A DNA stretch of 64,000 bases, from NCBI RefSeq assembly GCF_018350175.1, contig NC_058368.1, positions 30,444,001-30,508,000 on the forward strand, in the 5' to 3' direction. Source of the DNA: Felis catus. Lineage: Eukaryota. Shown here in pieces: positions 39,001 to 51,600 of this stretch. Under the pieces are notes generated by a model. That model saw only the letters and a list, made by a program, of their open reading frames with translations, ran no database searches and was not told the origin of the DNA. A program made the translations under genes and the position numbers. How positions within the stretch are numbered: the first letter of the stretch is position 1; every line of letters starts with the position of its first letter.

Positions 39001-39550
39001 ATGCTTTGATATTAATAATCAGCTCTCCTTCCCATATATCTCAGGCATTTTTCAAGCTGCTGCTTCTGTGCTGTGTCTCTGCAGGGCTCTTTGTTATGCT
39101 GTCTCTTCAAGGGTAAAGACTCACTTTCCTTTTTCTTCTTGGCTCTCCCAGAGCCCACCCTGCTGACTTTTAAAGTTCCACGTATAAGCCTGGCTGATTG
39201 TAAGAACTTATGAAATTTGGCCCCTCTGGTTTTCAAAGCCAAATGTTATGGGGATTCATCTTCCCTGTGTAGACTCCCTAGTGTGAGAGTCTGTTTCTCT
39301 CCCCTCTTCTAGTTCATGGTATCCCTCCTTCCTGGGGACAGTCCCATGGATCTGTTTACCTCCTGACCATGTCTCTGTCCTTCCTACCCTCTTCAATGTG
39401 GCCTCTTCTCTAAATGTAGCTGTGGAGAGTCTGTTATGCCAGTCTTCAGGTAATTTTCTGGATTATTTACACTGATATGGGTGTTACCCAGTTGTACCCT
39501 AAGGACTTGGTAAGCTTAGGTTCCTCCTACTCCACCATCTTCCTCAGATC
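35658..39550 (-). mobile_element. End-to-end carnivore L1 (5'UTR, ORF1, ORF2 N-terminus, 3' end) with ~3-kb internal ORF2 deletion
   Basis: 5' end on minus strand 'gaggaagatggtggagtaggagg'; ORF1 start MRRQKNMSQ at 38039; ORF2 start at ~36779 with EN motif 'INIYAPN'; junction at ~36390 into the C-terminal region; TSD ctgaaa(gt/ac)atcact at 35644-35657 and 39551-39564. Confidence 0.9.
36048..36087. repeat. (GT)n microsatellite inside the L1
   Basis: Directly visible. Confidence 0.95.
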
Positions 39551-39609
39551 CTGAAAACATCACTATTGGCACCTTCACTGTCTCCTCACTGATAAGACTG
39601 ATCTATCTT

Positions 39610-39833
39610 GGGGCGCCTGGATGGCTTAGTTGGTTAAGCATCTGGCTTTGGCTCAGGTCATGATATCACAATGCATGAGTTCGAGCCCCTTGTCCGGCTC
39701 TGTGCTGACAGCTCGGAGCCTGGAGCCTACTTCAGATTCTGTGTCTCCCTCTCTCTGACCCTCTCCCATTCATGCTCTGTCTCTCTCTGTCTCAAAAATA
39801 AATAAATATTATGAAAAATGTTAAATAAAAAAA
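39610..39833 (+). mobile_element. Can-SINE (SINEC_Fc-like)
   Basis: ggggcgcctgg head, B-box gttcgagcc, A-tail; TSD aa(g/c)actg(a/g)tctatctt at 39594-39609 and 39834-39849. Confidence 0.96.
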
Positions 39834-40326
39834 AACACTGGTCTATCTTATTCATAACTTTTGTAGAAAGAGCTGAGCATGCTGGGCTCTGTGCCTTCTG
39901 GGTCCCTCTTCTGCATCTCACAGGTGTTTAGGACACAGGTGTGGTTTTCCATTTAAGTAGCTTTGGACTAGATCCCAGTAGTTAGGGTTTATCCTACTCT
40001 GCCTACAAGTGGAGGAATAATCATGTCCAGTTTTGGAGATATTTAGGGAACCCAACTAAAGTCCTGGTCCCCAATCAGTTTTATCAATATATCAGGCACT
40101 ACAATAGGGATTGGCCTTCTCTTAGGTCTATTTTTTTCATTGGTTCTAAGCTTAAAAGTGGAAAATAGGATGGTATTTATTGCTGCTCCCAAATCCAAAC
40201 AAACAATAATATCTTCTCATTTTCTATGTGAGTTAACTGAAACTTGCAGGGAACTAGATATTTTTTTTCCATGTTTGCCCTAATAATAAATGACACAACT
40301 TGGATTTTAATCTAGTTAATTATTTT

Positions 40327-40554
40327 ATTTATTTTTTTTAAATTTTTTTTTCAACATTTATTTATTTTTGGGACCGAGAGAGACAGAGCATGAACGGGGG
40401 AGGGGCAGAGAGAGAGGGAGACACAGAATGGGAAACAGGCTCCAGACTCTGAGCCATCAGCCCAGAGCCTGACGCGGGGCTCGAACTCCCGGACCACGAG
40501 ATCGTGACCTGGCTGAAGTCGGACGCTTAACCGACTGAGCCACCCAGGCGCCCC
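40327..40554 (-). mobile_element. Young CpG-retaining Can-SINE (SINEC_Fc-like)
   Basis: Many intact CpGs, intact A/B boxes, long T tract; TSD ctagttaatta at 40312-40322 and 40554-40564. Confidence 0.97.
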
Positions 40555-41544
40555 TAGTTAATTACTTTAAAAAAGTCTTTCTTTTTGGTACTTCATACCA
40601 CAGTGTCTCAAAAGCATCAGAACAGTGAAACTTTACTCTTTGCCAATGAGTTTTGGGTGAAATGAGGAACTGTTGCCTAGAAGACAAGTCAATTTGGATA
40701 GTCTCTCATTGAACGGGCTGAGTATAAGAATCAGAGAAGATAATTTTAGCTCTTTGTGGAATCTCAGAAAACCTTATGAGTTTGGCTGTGAACTATACAT
40801 GACAGAGCGTCTGTGTGTAACGTCTAAAGGGTCTTTCCACCTACGCGTCTACCTTTGGTCACTTCTATCTTTTGAATGTCTTGAGAGAGAGGGTCATCTG
40901 AATTCAATGAAGAGCACGTGGAAATGGTGAATCTTCTTTTTGCCACTGGTGGTATGATAGGATGTTGATAGCTGAAAAAGATTTCTGTTAGAATTAAACT
41001 TTAGTCTCCTTGAATTAAGAGCAGTTTATTAGCGTATGTTATGGGCATCATACAACTTATTAGAATATCTTTAATGAAGAGTGCATTAAAGTGGAAAGAA
41101 CATACACACTATAGGCAAGTAGCTCAGGTTGTGTCTATATGGTGATGGTCAAGATATTTGACTTCTCTTACCTTTAGTTTCTTCATTCAGAAAACGATGG
41201 TGGGGGGGGGCAATGCTTTCCATGTTATTGCACAAAAGTTTTTCATACAGCTTAGATATGCATGTGGCAAAACTGCTCTTTTGTTGTGAAAGTTTCAAAC
41301 TCAAATTTTTTACACTTGCCTGCTTTTAAAAGCCATCTATGGTCTGTTGAAATTTTTTAGTGACTGTCTTTACGGGTAACTCCACAATACTATACTAAGG
41401 AGTGAATTGAAAACCCAGAAGGCAGGCTGTTTGGTCAAACCCTTAGGTAACAGTGGTTTGCCGAAGCCACTGGGGGATTGTCATGGTAGGGAGAAATTAA
41501 GGGTTTCCTGTCTCTAGGACCTTGCACAAGTGTTTATTCTCCCT

Positions 41545-41690
41545 CTGCCTCAGACTCCTTGTCTGTAAAATGAGGATAATGCTATCACCTTCCTTATTAG
41601 GTTGTTGCAAGGCTTAAAAAAATTAGTATGCATAAAGCCGTTATATTTGTGCTTGGCACAAAGTAGGCACTGTATAAATGTTAGAGATAA
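41545..41690 (+). mobile_element. MIR relic
   Basis: 'ctgcctcag...tctgtaaaatgaggataat...ttggcacaaagtaggcactgtataaatgttag'. Confidence 0.8.
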
Positions 41691-43509
41691 TGACGCCCAT
41701 GACAGTGACAATGATAATGATGATGGAAACATTTCTATTGTCTGGTTCAGGTTTTTTTTTTTTTTCTTTCGTATATGTTTCAAATGTTCAGTTAGTTTTC
41801 TTTTAAAAAAAAATGGACGATGGGAGAAGCAAGTAAAATAATAGAGCCCTGTATGACTTTTTAGAGACACCCTTGGTTTTTGGCAGGTGGGATTTGAGAG
41901 TGAACAAAGAACGGAGACGTATTGGCACTGCAGAGAGGCCTGTCCTGACTAATGGGAGAGCACAGCCACAAACGACTGGTTTGGAAATAGGATTGCTCTT
42001 GGAGCTGGCATATTTGAGACAGCTTTACTATTAGTCGAGAAACCCCACTGGAGGAGAGATGAAGGGTTCTTGTTTGTTATAGCTCTCCCTACCCCAATAG
42101 AGAAGAGCTGGGAAATGAGGTAAAAAGGCTTAAAGGCTTCCCTTCGTTTCTGAGGGGTTCAGTTTCTTACTCAGCTTTAAGGTCTTGGGGCTTGCGCAAT
42201 GCATGGCCTTGAGACCCAGGAGAAAACCAAAGTCAGCTGTGCTTGTGGAATTAGGCAGCTCAGAGCCCGGGTGACTCTGCACAGCTAACGACCCTCACAG
42301 AGTAGGTGCTCCCATGAGCCTTTCAGAACCACAAATCCTCTCCGTGATTTGGAGGCCAGTCAAAAACCTACACAGGAATTAATGAACCAAGACAAACTTC
42401 ACAGTGGCAGGCTAAGTCAGAGGCCAGGGCAGAGGAACTAGCAGCAGAATTCTAGGAGAGAATAAAAAATTTATGGTAATCATTGGTGAATAGAAATGGA
42501 AGCAGAGAGTGTTAGACATTACCTAACCTAGTTCAGCCACGATCTATGGCTGCTGTAATTGTGAAGGCTTATACTGGCTCAAGTCTGAGTCTGAAGATTT
42601 GTGGTTACATCGCTGGAAAGTTATATTCTCTTAAACTTGAAAGTGAATGTGAAAAATCTATGTAGTTTATATTATGTATTAAAGATTTTCTTTTTTCTTT
42701 TTTCTTCTTGTTGGGTAAGAGCTAAATTAAATAGCTGGAGGAAAACATTTAAAAAAAACCTACAAGTTAGGATGCATTGAGAGAGAACTTGACAACTTGA
42801 AAGGATCATCTCAGGCAGGCTCACCCCCATTTGGGGCAAGTTCTTAAAGATATCCTCGGGATAAGAAAAGAATAAAAGGGGTAGGAGAAGCAGCACTCTG
42901 TTGAGGAGAATAATAATCCTTCTTAGATTTCCTGTCTTACCTTTTTCCTCTGGGGCGTCATCAGATCCCCAAGGATGAAAAGTTGTATGCGTTTTCTCTA
43001 CCAGTGTTGTGGGCAGAGTGGGTGGGGACTGCTGGCTCTGCTGTCCTACATGTGGGTCCCCTTGTATGCCTGCTCGTTCAGGTTGGTCCTACTATCTGTG
43101 TTGGGGTGAAGGGAGGTATGTTGAAGTGTGGGGGTGCCAACTGGGGGTCTATGGCTGGCCCTGGAGTCCATTGGTACTTCCCTGAGATAGGGTTACTAGG
43201 TTGTTTGATGTGAAATACTGGGCAGAGAAGCTTAAGCTCTCATATCCACAGAGGACTGTGTAATTGAGTTTAGAGTGAGAACACATTCACATAAATCACT
43301 TTATAAAAGGCGCTCTTCTTTCCGTGTCCAACTCAAGCATAAATATTTAGCATCTACAAATTATAGCAACAGACAGCCCAGACAGAAAGATTTTTTAAGT
43401 AACGCTGGGACAACTAATCAAATATCTTGGGCAACAATTATCTATGTTATATACTAAACCAAAAATTAATTTCTTGTGAACTAAGTAAAAACTGCTATTA
43501 ATCGAGTGC

Positions 43510-43670
43510 TCCCTGTGCATGCCATGCTGTGTTTTCAGCGTATTATTTTAATATTAACACTTTTCAAGACCAGTATCATCACCGCTTAAGAAGTGGGGAT
43601 TATCTCAGAAAGGGTGGCCTGCCCAAGGTTACTCAGTGGCTAGGGGCAGGGCTGGGATTCTACATAGACC
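43510..43670 (-). mobile_element. MIR relic
   Basis: 'ctcagaaagggtggcctgcccaaggttactcagtggctagg...gctgggattc'. Confidence 0.6.
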
Positions 43671-43760
43671 ATCCCAGTGAAGACTGAACATATCTCATAC
43701 CGCAGTGGACTTCCCCTAATGAAGCATATGGAACAATGGGATATTAAGCTGTTCAATTGG

Positions 43761-43773
43761 TTTTTAATAGATT

Positions 43774-43816
<43 letters not shown>

Positions 43817-44000
43817 GAGAGCACAAGTCGGGGGCGGGGGGGGGCGGGAGAGGGGCAGAGGGAGAGAGACAGACAATCTTAAGCAGGTTCCATGCTCAGT
43901 GTGTAGCCTGACATGGAGCTCAGTCCCACGACCCTTGGATTATGACCTGAGCTGAAGTCAAGAGTCAGATGCTCAACCAACTGAGCCACCCACGTGCCCC
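43761..44000 (-). mobile_element. Can-SINE (older subfamily) with (TTTA)n tail
   Basis: 'atcttaagcaggttccatgctcag...aagagtcagatgctcaaccaactgagccaccca'; no clear TSD. Confidence 0.92.
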
Positions 44001-44223
44001 TCTGCTGTCAGATATTTATCCACTTGTGATTGGAAAGAATTTTTGTAAGGCTAGACCGTGAACAGATGATGGGAGAAAAGATGGACAGCAGAAAGTCAAA
44101 CATTAAAAACCAAAGTGTAGAATCTTCTCTAATTCCAAATTTAAAGCAAATTTGGCAACCTGGGAAAATTATTTGGAATATGCAAAGACAGACAAAGATT
44201 ATAAGCTTTAACCTGTTCAATAC

Positions 44224-44455
44224 TTAAAATTTTTTTTAAATGTTTATTTATTTTTGAGAGAGAGAGAGTGAGCGAGCACAAGTGGGGGAGAGGTAGAGAG
44301 AGAGAGAGAGAGAGAGAGGGAGACACAGAATCTGAAGCAGGCTCCAGGCTCTGAGCTGTCAGCACAGAGCCTGACGTGTGGGGCTAGAACTCATGAACCG
44401 TGAGATTGTGACCTGAGAGGAAGTCGGAGGCTTAACTAAGCCACCCAGGGGCCCC
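44224..44455 (-). mobile_element. Can-SINE (SINEC_Fc-like)
   Basis: Perfect TSD aacctgttcaatac at 44210-44223 and 44456-44469. Confidence 0.96.
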
Positions 44456-45390
44456 AACCTGTTCAATACGCTTAAAAATCCACAATTTAAAAAAAATCTC
44501 AGAGAAATGAACAAGAATCAAACACAATTCAGAAAAGTAATGCAAATGGGCAATACATGTGAGGACACGATCAAACACAGCACATTACAGTTTTTCACCT
44601 TCAGATTCACAACAATTTGAGAAAGGTGCAGTGAAACAGGCATTTTCACATGCTGCTTGTAGGCTTATAAATATTTTAAAAAACATTTCTGGAAAGTCAG
44701 TCAGCTGTAGGGAAAAGCATGAAAAAGTTAAAATGGTTTAAATTTTGGGCTCTGCTTCTTGGGATGTCTTTTCTTCTCCATGGAAATAGAATCATGTACA
44801 GAATAGAATGTTGGAGAACTAAATTTTAGTGCAGAATCCTTTTTTTTTTTTTCTTTGATTTTGGATGTCACTGGGCAAGTGATTTAGTCATCCTAACTCA
44901 GTGTTTTATTTGTAAAAGGGGAATGATACCATGATTCTGTGAGGATTGTAGGACACAATGCACGTTAAGACTTCTCCTGGTGCACAGTAATTATACACTC
45001 TAGTAATACTTATAATGTTGCTGTTCTTTTCATCCTAGTTTAATTTACAAGTAAAAATAGTCGAAGCAAACTTTTGAAAGACAAATGACATGAGTAAATC
45101 TTCGTAATAAATTTGAAAATGAACAAAGCAGCTATCTATTTGTTATAATTTATACCGTACTCACGGAGGGAAATATACCAAAATGATAACATTGGTCATT
45201 ATTAGATGTTTGTGTTTCTTCATCCAGTTTTTCTGAACTGGAGATATTTCTTTGCCTAAGTACTTTTAGTAGGGGAGCAAGGTGAAAAGCCAGTCATAGC
45301 TGGAGCATTCTGGAGCTGACTGACTGAAACAGGACTTGAGGCTGGAGTGGGGGGGTCATCGGAGGTTTGGGGCAAAGGTAACCCCATCTG

Positions 45391-45556
45391 GGGCACCCGA
45401 GTGGCTCTGTCAGTTGAGCGTCCAGCTTTGCCTCAGGTCATGATCTGGCAGTTCCTGAGTTCGAGCCCCACGTCGGGCTCTGTGCTGATAGCTGAGAGCC
45501 TGGAACCTGCTTTGGATTCTGTGTCTCCTTCTCTCTCCGCCCCTCTCCTGCTTGTG

Positions 45557-45605
<49 letters not shown>

Positions 45606-45636
45606 AAAAATAAAAAATAAAAACATTAAAAAAAAT
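45391..45636 (+). mobile_element. Can-SINE (SINEC_Fc-like) with expanded (CT)n
   Basis: TSD caaag(g/t)taaccccatctg at 45373-45390 and 45637-45654. Confidence 0.96.
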
Positions 45637-47084
45637 CAAAGTTAACCCCATCTGAGTTTCGGTATGAAATTTGGATCTCTGGATATCGATTCAATCTTAA
45701 TGACAGAGAAACCAGAACTTTACAGCATTTATTTTCCATAAAGGATTGAAGGAGGCTGAAGGGAAAGGAAAATAGCACCTTTAAACAAAGCCTCCAAACT
45801 CAGGATGCCAGGATAGATTGTGAGTAGTCACGAAATATTTTTAGATTCTTACTCCGTACCCTATATTCTTAGCTGTGGTGGCAGTTAGATTGTCACAGCA
45901 TGAGTCCTAGTCCTAAATTCTTAGCACACATCAGCATGTTGTATCTTATAAATCTAAAGCACCTGGCAAGCAAAACAAGAATCACACACACAGACACACA
46001 TGCACACACGCAAATACACACACAGAGGATTTGGATTGCGAGGGCCAGAGGAAAGGAATGGGTGGTATGAAACCATGAGGTGTATCCTGTCCACTGGGCC
46101 AAAAGCTAAATGCTTCAACGTGAGTGGAAGATTCATGTTGGAATTCTTTTCAGTTCCAGTGACTATGGAAATAATATAACTTGAAATACGTTCGTGTGTT
46201 TTCCTTTTTCATACTTCCTCGTATGAGACTGACCTCTGATTTATCCAGGGAGATCCATTGCCTTAGGAAGGACACAGGCAGGAAAGTTAGGGCAGGAACA
46301 CAAAGAGAAACCGTTTGCCTACTCAAGTTTTGCCTGAAAATATTTTTTTGAGTGCACTGTGAGACAATGTGTTGGGGCTAACTGAAAGGGGAAGATTTTT
46401 CTGAATTCCAAAAATCTTCCCTTTCCATATCCGGAGCCAAACCTAGGAGACTCAGATCACAGAGGAAGCCTAGGAAGGGTTGAGGATGTGACCTGAGGAA
46501 TGGAGGTCCAGGAGCAGTGGCCAAGCGAGAGCAGAGGGAAAAGGGATGGAGAGATAGGTTTGCCTACAAAGGACCCGGAAGCCCGTAGGCTGCACATAGT
46601 TGCAATAGAAGCCCTAGGAATCCCCACATGCCTGGTGTTGGGGGTGGGGCGGGTGGTGTAGGGGGGGTGTCAGGGCACCAGTGACCGACAGAGGGCCGAC
46701 GTGTCAGGATGGAGAGGCCACAGAGTACAGGACGTCCCAGCCAGAAGCATGTGCGTGAGATTATGTGCTTCAGCAGCACGTGGAGCAAAGTGCCCCCAAA
46801 GGCCAAATGAGACTGTTACCTGGGCTGATGGCCAGGCAGGCCGGTCAGGGGACATACCGGGTCCACACTTCAGTGGCCAGCGGTGCAGGCCTCCCAGGAA
46901 CAAGTGTGGACCAACTCCAAGATAGGGATTGGCACCGGAGACTTCCCTTGTGGGCCGCCCCAGTGTCCCCCTGTACCAGTGTAAGGGGACGGAGGGCGGG
47001 AGGAGAAAATCCCCATGAGAGGTGTCGGACCAGCTCTTACAGGGACTTTGAATTTCAAATTGGCAGACGATTTACCCATTGGAT

Positions 47085-47251
47085 TAGTGGTTCTCAACCT
47101 GGGCTGCACATTGGAACCACCTGGGAAGCTTTTAAAACTCCTGACGGCCAAGCCCAATTAAATTAAAATCTCTGGAGGTGGGATCCTGGCGTTAGTATTT
47201 TAAAGAAATCTTCATATGATTAAAAAGTGCAGCTGGATTCTAGAACTGCTG
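47085..47251 (+). mobile_element. MER5A-like hAT MITE
   Basis: TIRs 'tagtggttctcaa' / 'agaactgctg'; 'ggctgcacattggaaccacctggg'. Confidence 0.8.
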
Positions 47252-47474
47252 CAATGAGGAAAAAAGAAACTCGAAGGAGACTTTTAAATTGGAAGTTATC
47301 TTTAATTGGCAAGGTTAGTTTACTTTCGTTTTCTCCCATTAACCGAAATTCTTGGATGATCCAGAGCAGAATGAGATTCTTTTACGAAAAGACAGTTTTC
47401 AAAAAAAAAAAAAAATCTATATAGGCATTAGAGTATTTTCAGTCCTGCTCCACATAAGAAAAATAAGAGTTAAC

Positions 47475-47665
47475 GCCCTGAGTGCTTATATTTGCCAGGT
47501 ATTAGGTTGAGTGTTTTTTAAGTATTCTTTAATACTCAGGACAACCTAGGAAGTAGGTGCTACTGATATTTCTGCTTTAGATAAGGAGACCGTCAGGGCG
47601 AGGTTAAGTAACTTTTCCGGTTGCTCTGTTAGTAAGTGTTCAAGCAAGTATTCGCACCCTCCCAG
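47475..47665 (-). mobile_element. MIR relic
   Basis: 'tttagataaggagacc...gaggttaagtaactt'. Confidence 0.7.
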
Positions 47666-48491
47666 GCTCACCTGCCAGCTGCTGCCTGGCATCACTTGGA
47701 CAATGTGGTGTCTTCCTAAGCTCCTACCCCTTGACAGAAATAGCCTGTGCCCTCCATTCACAAAGCTGACTTAGATTTGTCACAACTGTTGCTGTGAAAA
47801 CTGCAACGTGTGCTTCCAGTAATCCGCGTTTGCTTGTTCCAACATTTGTTAAAACTTGGTCGGGGTCCTAGAAGGAATTTTCACATAGCCTGTCCTGGTC
47901 ATCGTTTTAATTTTTACTAGATTTCTCCTTCTTTCAGCATATCAGAATATGCCTCACTACCTTTTCAGGATACTGAACTCAAATGCCACTGTCTTCCTGA
48001 AGCCTTTTCTGGTCCCGTGAAGGACAGACCTCCTTGCTGTGTTGACTGACTCTGTTCTTAACGTCCTTTATCTCATTCACACACAGCCCATATTATGTAA
48101 ATACCTACTATTATCCCCATGTCTTGACCCTTTCTTCTAGGAGTTCTTCTGCTCGGCTAATGCTAATTCACCTCCCTTTGGTCAAGAACAACCTTATCTA
48201 TCTTTGTATCTTTTGAATTATTAACACATCTTGTTCATGCTCAAAATTGTACGTTTTAATAAAACTTCACGAAAATAATCGTGATTCAAATATAATATCC
48301 AGAAGGAAATGGTTCCTCCTTAAAACAATAAATACTACAGACATAGAATAAAATGAGTTTCAAATGGAATCTATTGAAAGACAACCTCTGACTAAATAGG
48401 AAAAGTAGAAGGTGGATAAGCAATGTTTTCACTTTTCCTTTCTAGAATAACTCGAAGGGTCGTCAGTTATTTAAAAAAATGTGCATCTCTC

Positions 48492-48692
48492 TGGGCACCT
48501 CAGTGGCTCAGTCGGTTAAGCGTCTGACTTCGACTCAGGTCATGATCTCGTTCGCGAATTCAAGCCCCACGTGGGGCTCTGTGCTGACAGCTCAGAGCCT
48601 GGAGTCTGCTTGGGATTCTGTGTCTTCCTCTTTCTCTGCCCCTCCCATACTCATACTCTGTCTGTCTCTCTCTCAAAACTAAATAAACATTT
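48492..48692 (+). mobile_element. Can-SINE (SINEC_Fc-like)
   Basis: A-box tggctcagtcgg; TSD aaaaaat(g/a)tg(c/t)atctctc at 48474-48491 and 48693-48710. Confidence 0.95.
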
Positions 48693-48943
48693 AAAAAATA
48701 TGTATCTCTCAAAATAAAATGCTTATGACTATTTGTCTTAAGATTCCTTATGGGAAAAGACATTTTTAGTTGAGTTTTTTTTCCCACCCATATTCTTACG
48801 ACATGTTCTTTTGGATTTGACAGGTAGCGTTGCAGAGCTTTACTAGACAAATACATATTTGAAAAGATTTCATGGTAAACAGAGGTGTTTGTTTTTCAAA
48901 ATATAAAGGGCTGTATCTCCAAATGAACTGACATTTAATTGAT

Positions 48944-49176
48944 TTTATTTATTTTAAATCTTTATTTTTGAGAGAGAGAGAGAAAGAGAGAGAGAGAATG
49001 TGTGCGCCTGTGCAAGCAAGGGAGGGGCAGAGAGAGAAGCAGACAGAGGATCCAAAGTGGGCTTTGTGCTGACCGCAGAGAGCCTGATGCGGGGCTTCAA
49101 TTCACAACCTTGAGACCATGACCTGAGCTGAGACTGAGAGTCGGATGCTTAGCCAACTGAATCACCCAGATGCCTC
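48944..49176 (-). mobile_element. Can-SINE
   Basis: TSD tgaactgacatt(g)taattgat at 48924-48943 and 49177-49197. Confidence 0.94.
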
Positions 49177-51424
49177 TGAACTGACATTGTAATTGATATG
49201 GCATAGATTTTTGGGCTTTTGTCTATGAAAATTTTGTTTGAATTTTTCTTAGGGCACAGATATTATTCCTTATGACTTGTAAATACCCTGTTTCCCAAGT
49301 TGTAGGGTCCAATTCTTCCTTTTTTGATTTTATATTTTCTGGATAGATGCTACCTTAAAGATGTAACAAGATACACTTTCTTTCTTCTTTCTTCTTTCTT
49401 TTCTTTCTTGTTTTTACTTTGTGACTATTGAAATTAATGCTAATGTATATATTATATATACTACATATATTATATATATATACTACATATACTATATATA
49501 TATAATATATATATAGCTTAACAATAATTCCTATGGCTTGTGTTTTTTCAGTGGATAAATTGGCTGGGAAATAACACATTTCAAATTTGATATCTATATG
49601 AACTGACAGGTATTTGGTAAAAAGACTGGCCAATAGCCTGAAGGTCTAATTTTTCCTTGTGACTTACGGTGCAAACCAAGGATATAAACTGCCATATCAC
49701 TTTAAATATTTTTAATCTTCCTCTGAATTCTTCTTGTACCATTGATGTGCCTTTCAGAGATAACTATGCTAAAAAAAAAGTTTGAGAAGTATTTGCCAAC
49801 TCTCTCAGGAGAGCAAGGGCTCAGTGGTATATTTTGAATTCTAGTTCAATTACTTTATGATAAGGGATTTTCTTTATTCACAAATGAGGGCTGCTGGTGG
49901 AAGGTACAGTTCAGCTGTTTATATACTAACGTGCAGCAATTATGATGAAACAAAACTCATTCTACAACTCTCGTAACTATGGCAACCAGAATTAAATGAA
50001 TTCTATTAGAAATACAAAAAGCCACCCCAGTAGGATAGAGTAAATATTATCTCTTATTGATTTATGAATGTTCCAGATGATGAAAAGTGGTTAATATATT
50101 TCTGTCATGAAACACATTTGTTAGGGGTTCTTTTTATTGATAGAGCCATTGTCTATTTAAATAATGTCAGCCAGATATCATTAATTTTTACATCTTTTTT
50201 TTCCCAATCACTTTTGCCTTCATTACAAGAAGCTATCAGCATTTCTATTGTCTTCTGTATTCCATTTAGGGTAACAAGGCAGATGCTTGACTTAAGGACC
50301 ATTTCTGATTATGTTTGTCTAAAATCTGGCTTGACCAAAGATTATTAGTACATGTTTATTTTGAGGGAGAATTAGTTGATTTGGATATTCTATTTCACTT
50401 GCATTTGGTCAAAACATAGAACTCTCTCGGCTTCATGTGCCTGGTGCTTGCAGTGGGATTTGTTGGAGAAGCGAAATTAAACTTTTAGTAATTTGTTCTG
50501 TAAGTAGACTAATTTAAAATTCAATCCAAGTAATAATGTGAGGCTAAAATGGAACAGCATTTTGTAGCAAGATTAGAGTTTTTGTGTCCCAGAGGGTTTC
50601 ATGTGCAGGTGTCAGTGGGGCTCTGCATTCAAAATGCCAGCACGTACCGTGCCCACTTCTGCCTTCTCCCTAAAATCAGCTTGACACGTTGAGTCTTGAT
50701 TAGAATGAAAAGGTCACCGGCTCTTTTTTCCTCCAAAATACTGACAACAGTCAAAAGAATGGAGCATCTGCCAACCTGGATGAAGGAGACAAGACACACC
50801 CGAGGCATTAGTACAAAGACCTTTTGGGTTTCAGGGTTTCATCATAGACATTTTCCCGCAATTGTTTCTGGTCACTTTATGCCTCAGTGGAAATACTGTT
50901 GTGGTGAGTTAGGAAATGTGTTTTCTCAAATGAAAGTGCTCAGTCACAGAAACAAAGCAGAAAATTATGAGCGAGATTGAAAACTTTAAGACATTTAACT
51001 AATTCCTTATGTTCTCTTAACCTCTAAAAATATTGAATTGTAAGGTTGAATTGTTATATATCTTAATAGTTGGGATTTATTTATCTTGTATAACCTGTAT
51101 TACCTAGGACTAGCTTTTGCCTGTTATTATAGGTATTAAAATTCCTGAAATAAGCTACAGTCAACCCAAGCATTTACCTAAGAAAATGACTATCAAAAGA
51201 ACCACAGACTTGCCTTACTCTAGTCCTGATGCAAGACTTCTCTAAAGTCCTTGAGTTTTACCAAGGCCTCAGTCCATTGTGTCAGAATAAGCTCCTAAAT
51301 ACCATACAGTCTGATCCTTTCTACCCACGGTTCTAAGGATTTTGGACCTCCAAAGTTTTATAGGCATTTTTATTATATTTCACAGAATTCCCATATCGGG
51401 TTGACATTCTGCTTCGAATCACAA

Positions 51425-51600
51425 CATATGAGAATTGGAGGGGATTTCAGAGATCACCTAGTCTAAGCTGTTCATTTTGCAGATAAGAAATTGAGGCTCA
51501 GAGAGGTGAAGTGAATTGCCCAAGGTCACACAGCTCATTAACAGCACAGCTGGAGTAAGACCTGTGGTCATCTAACTCCTAATCCGGAGCTCTTTCCATT
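51425..51600 (-). mobile_element. MIR relic (well preserved)
   Basis: 'cattttgcagataagaaattgaggctcagagaggtgaagtgaattgcccaaggtcacacagct'. Confidence 0.85.

Noticed and set aside
43002..43220. Possible hAT MITE (cagtgtt...aatactg ends)
   Set aside because: Terminal match is too short, there is no TSD, and the interior is not recognised.
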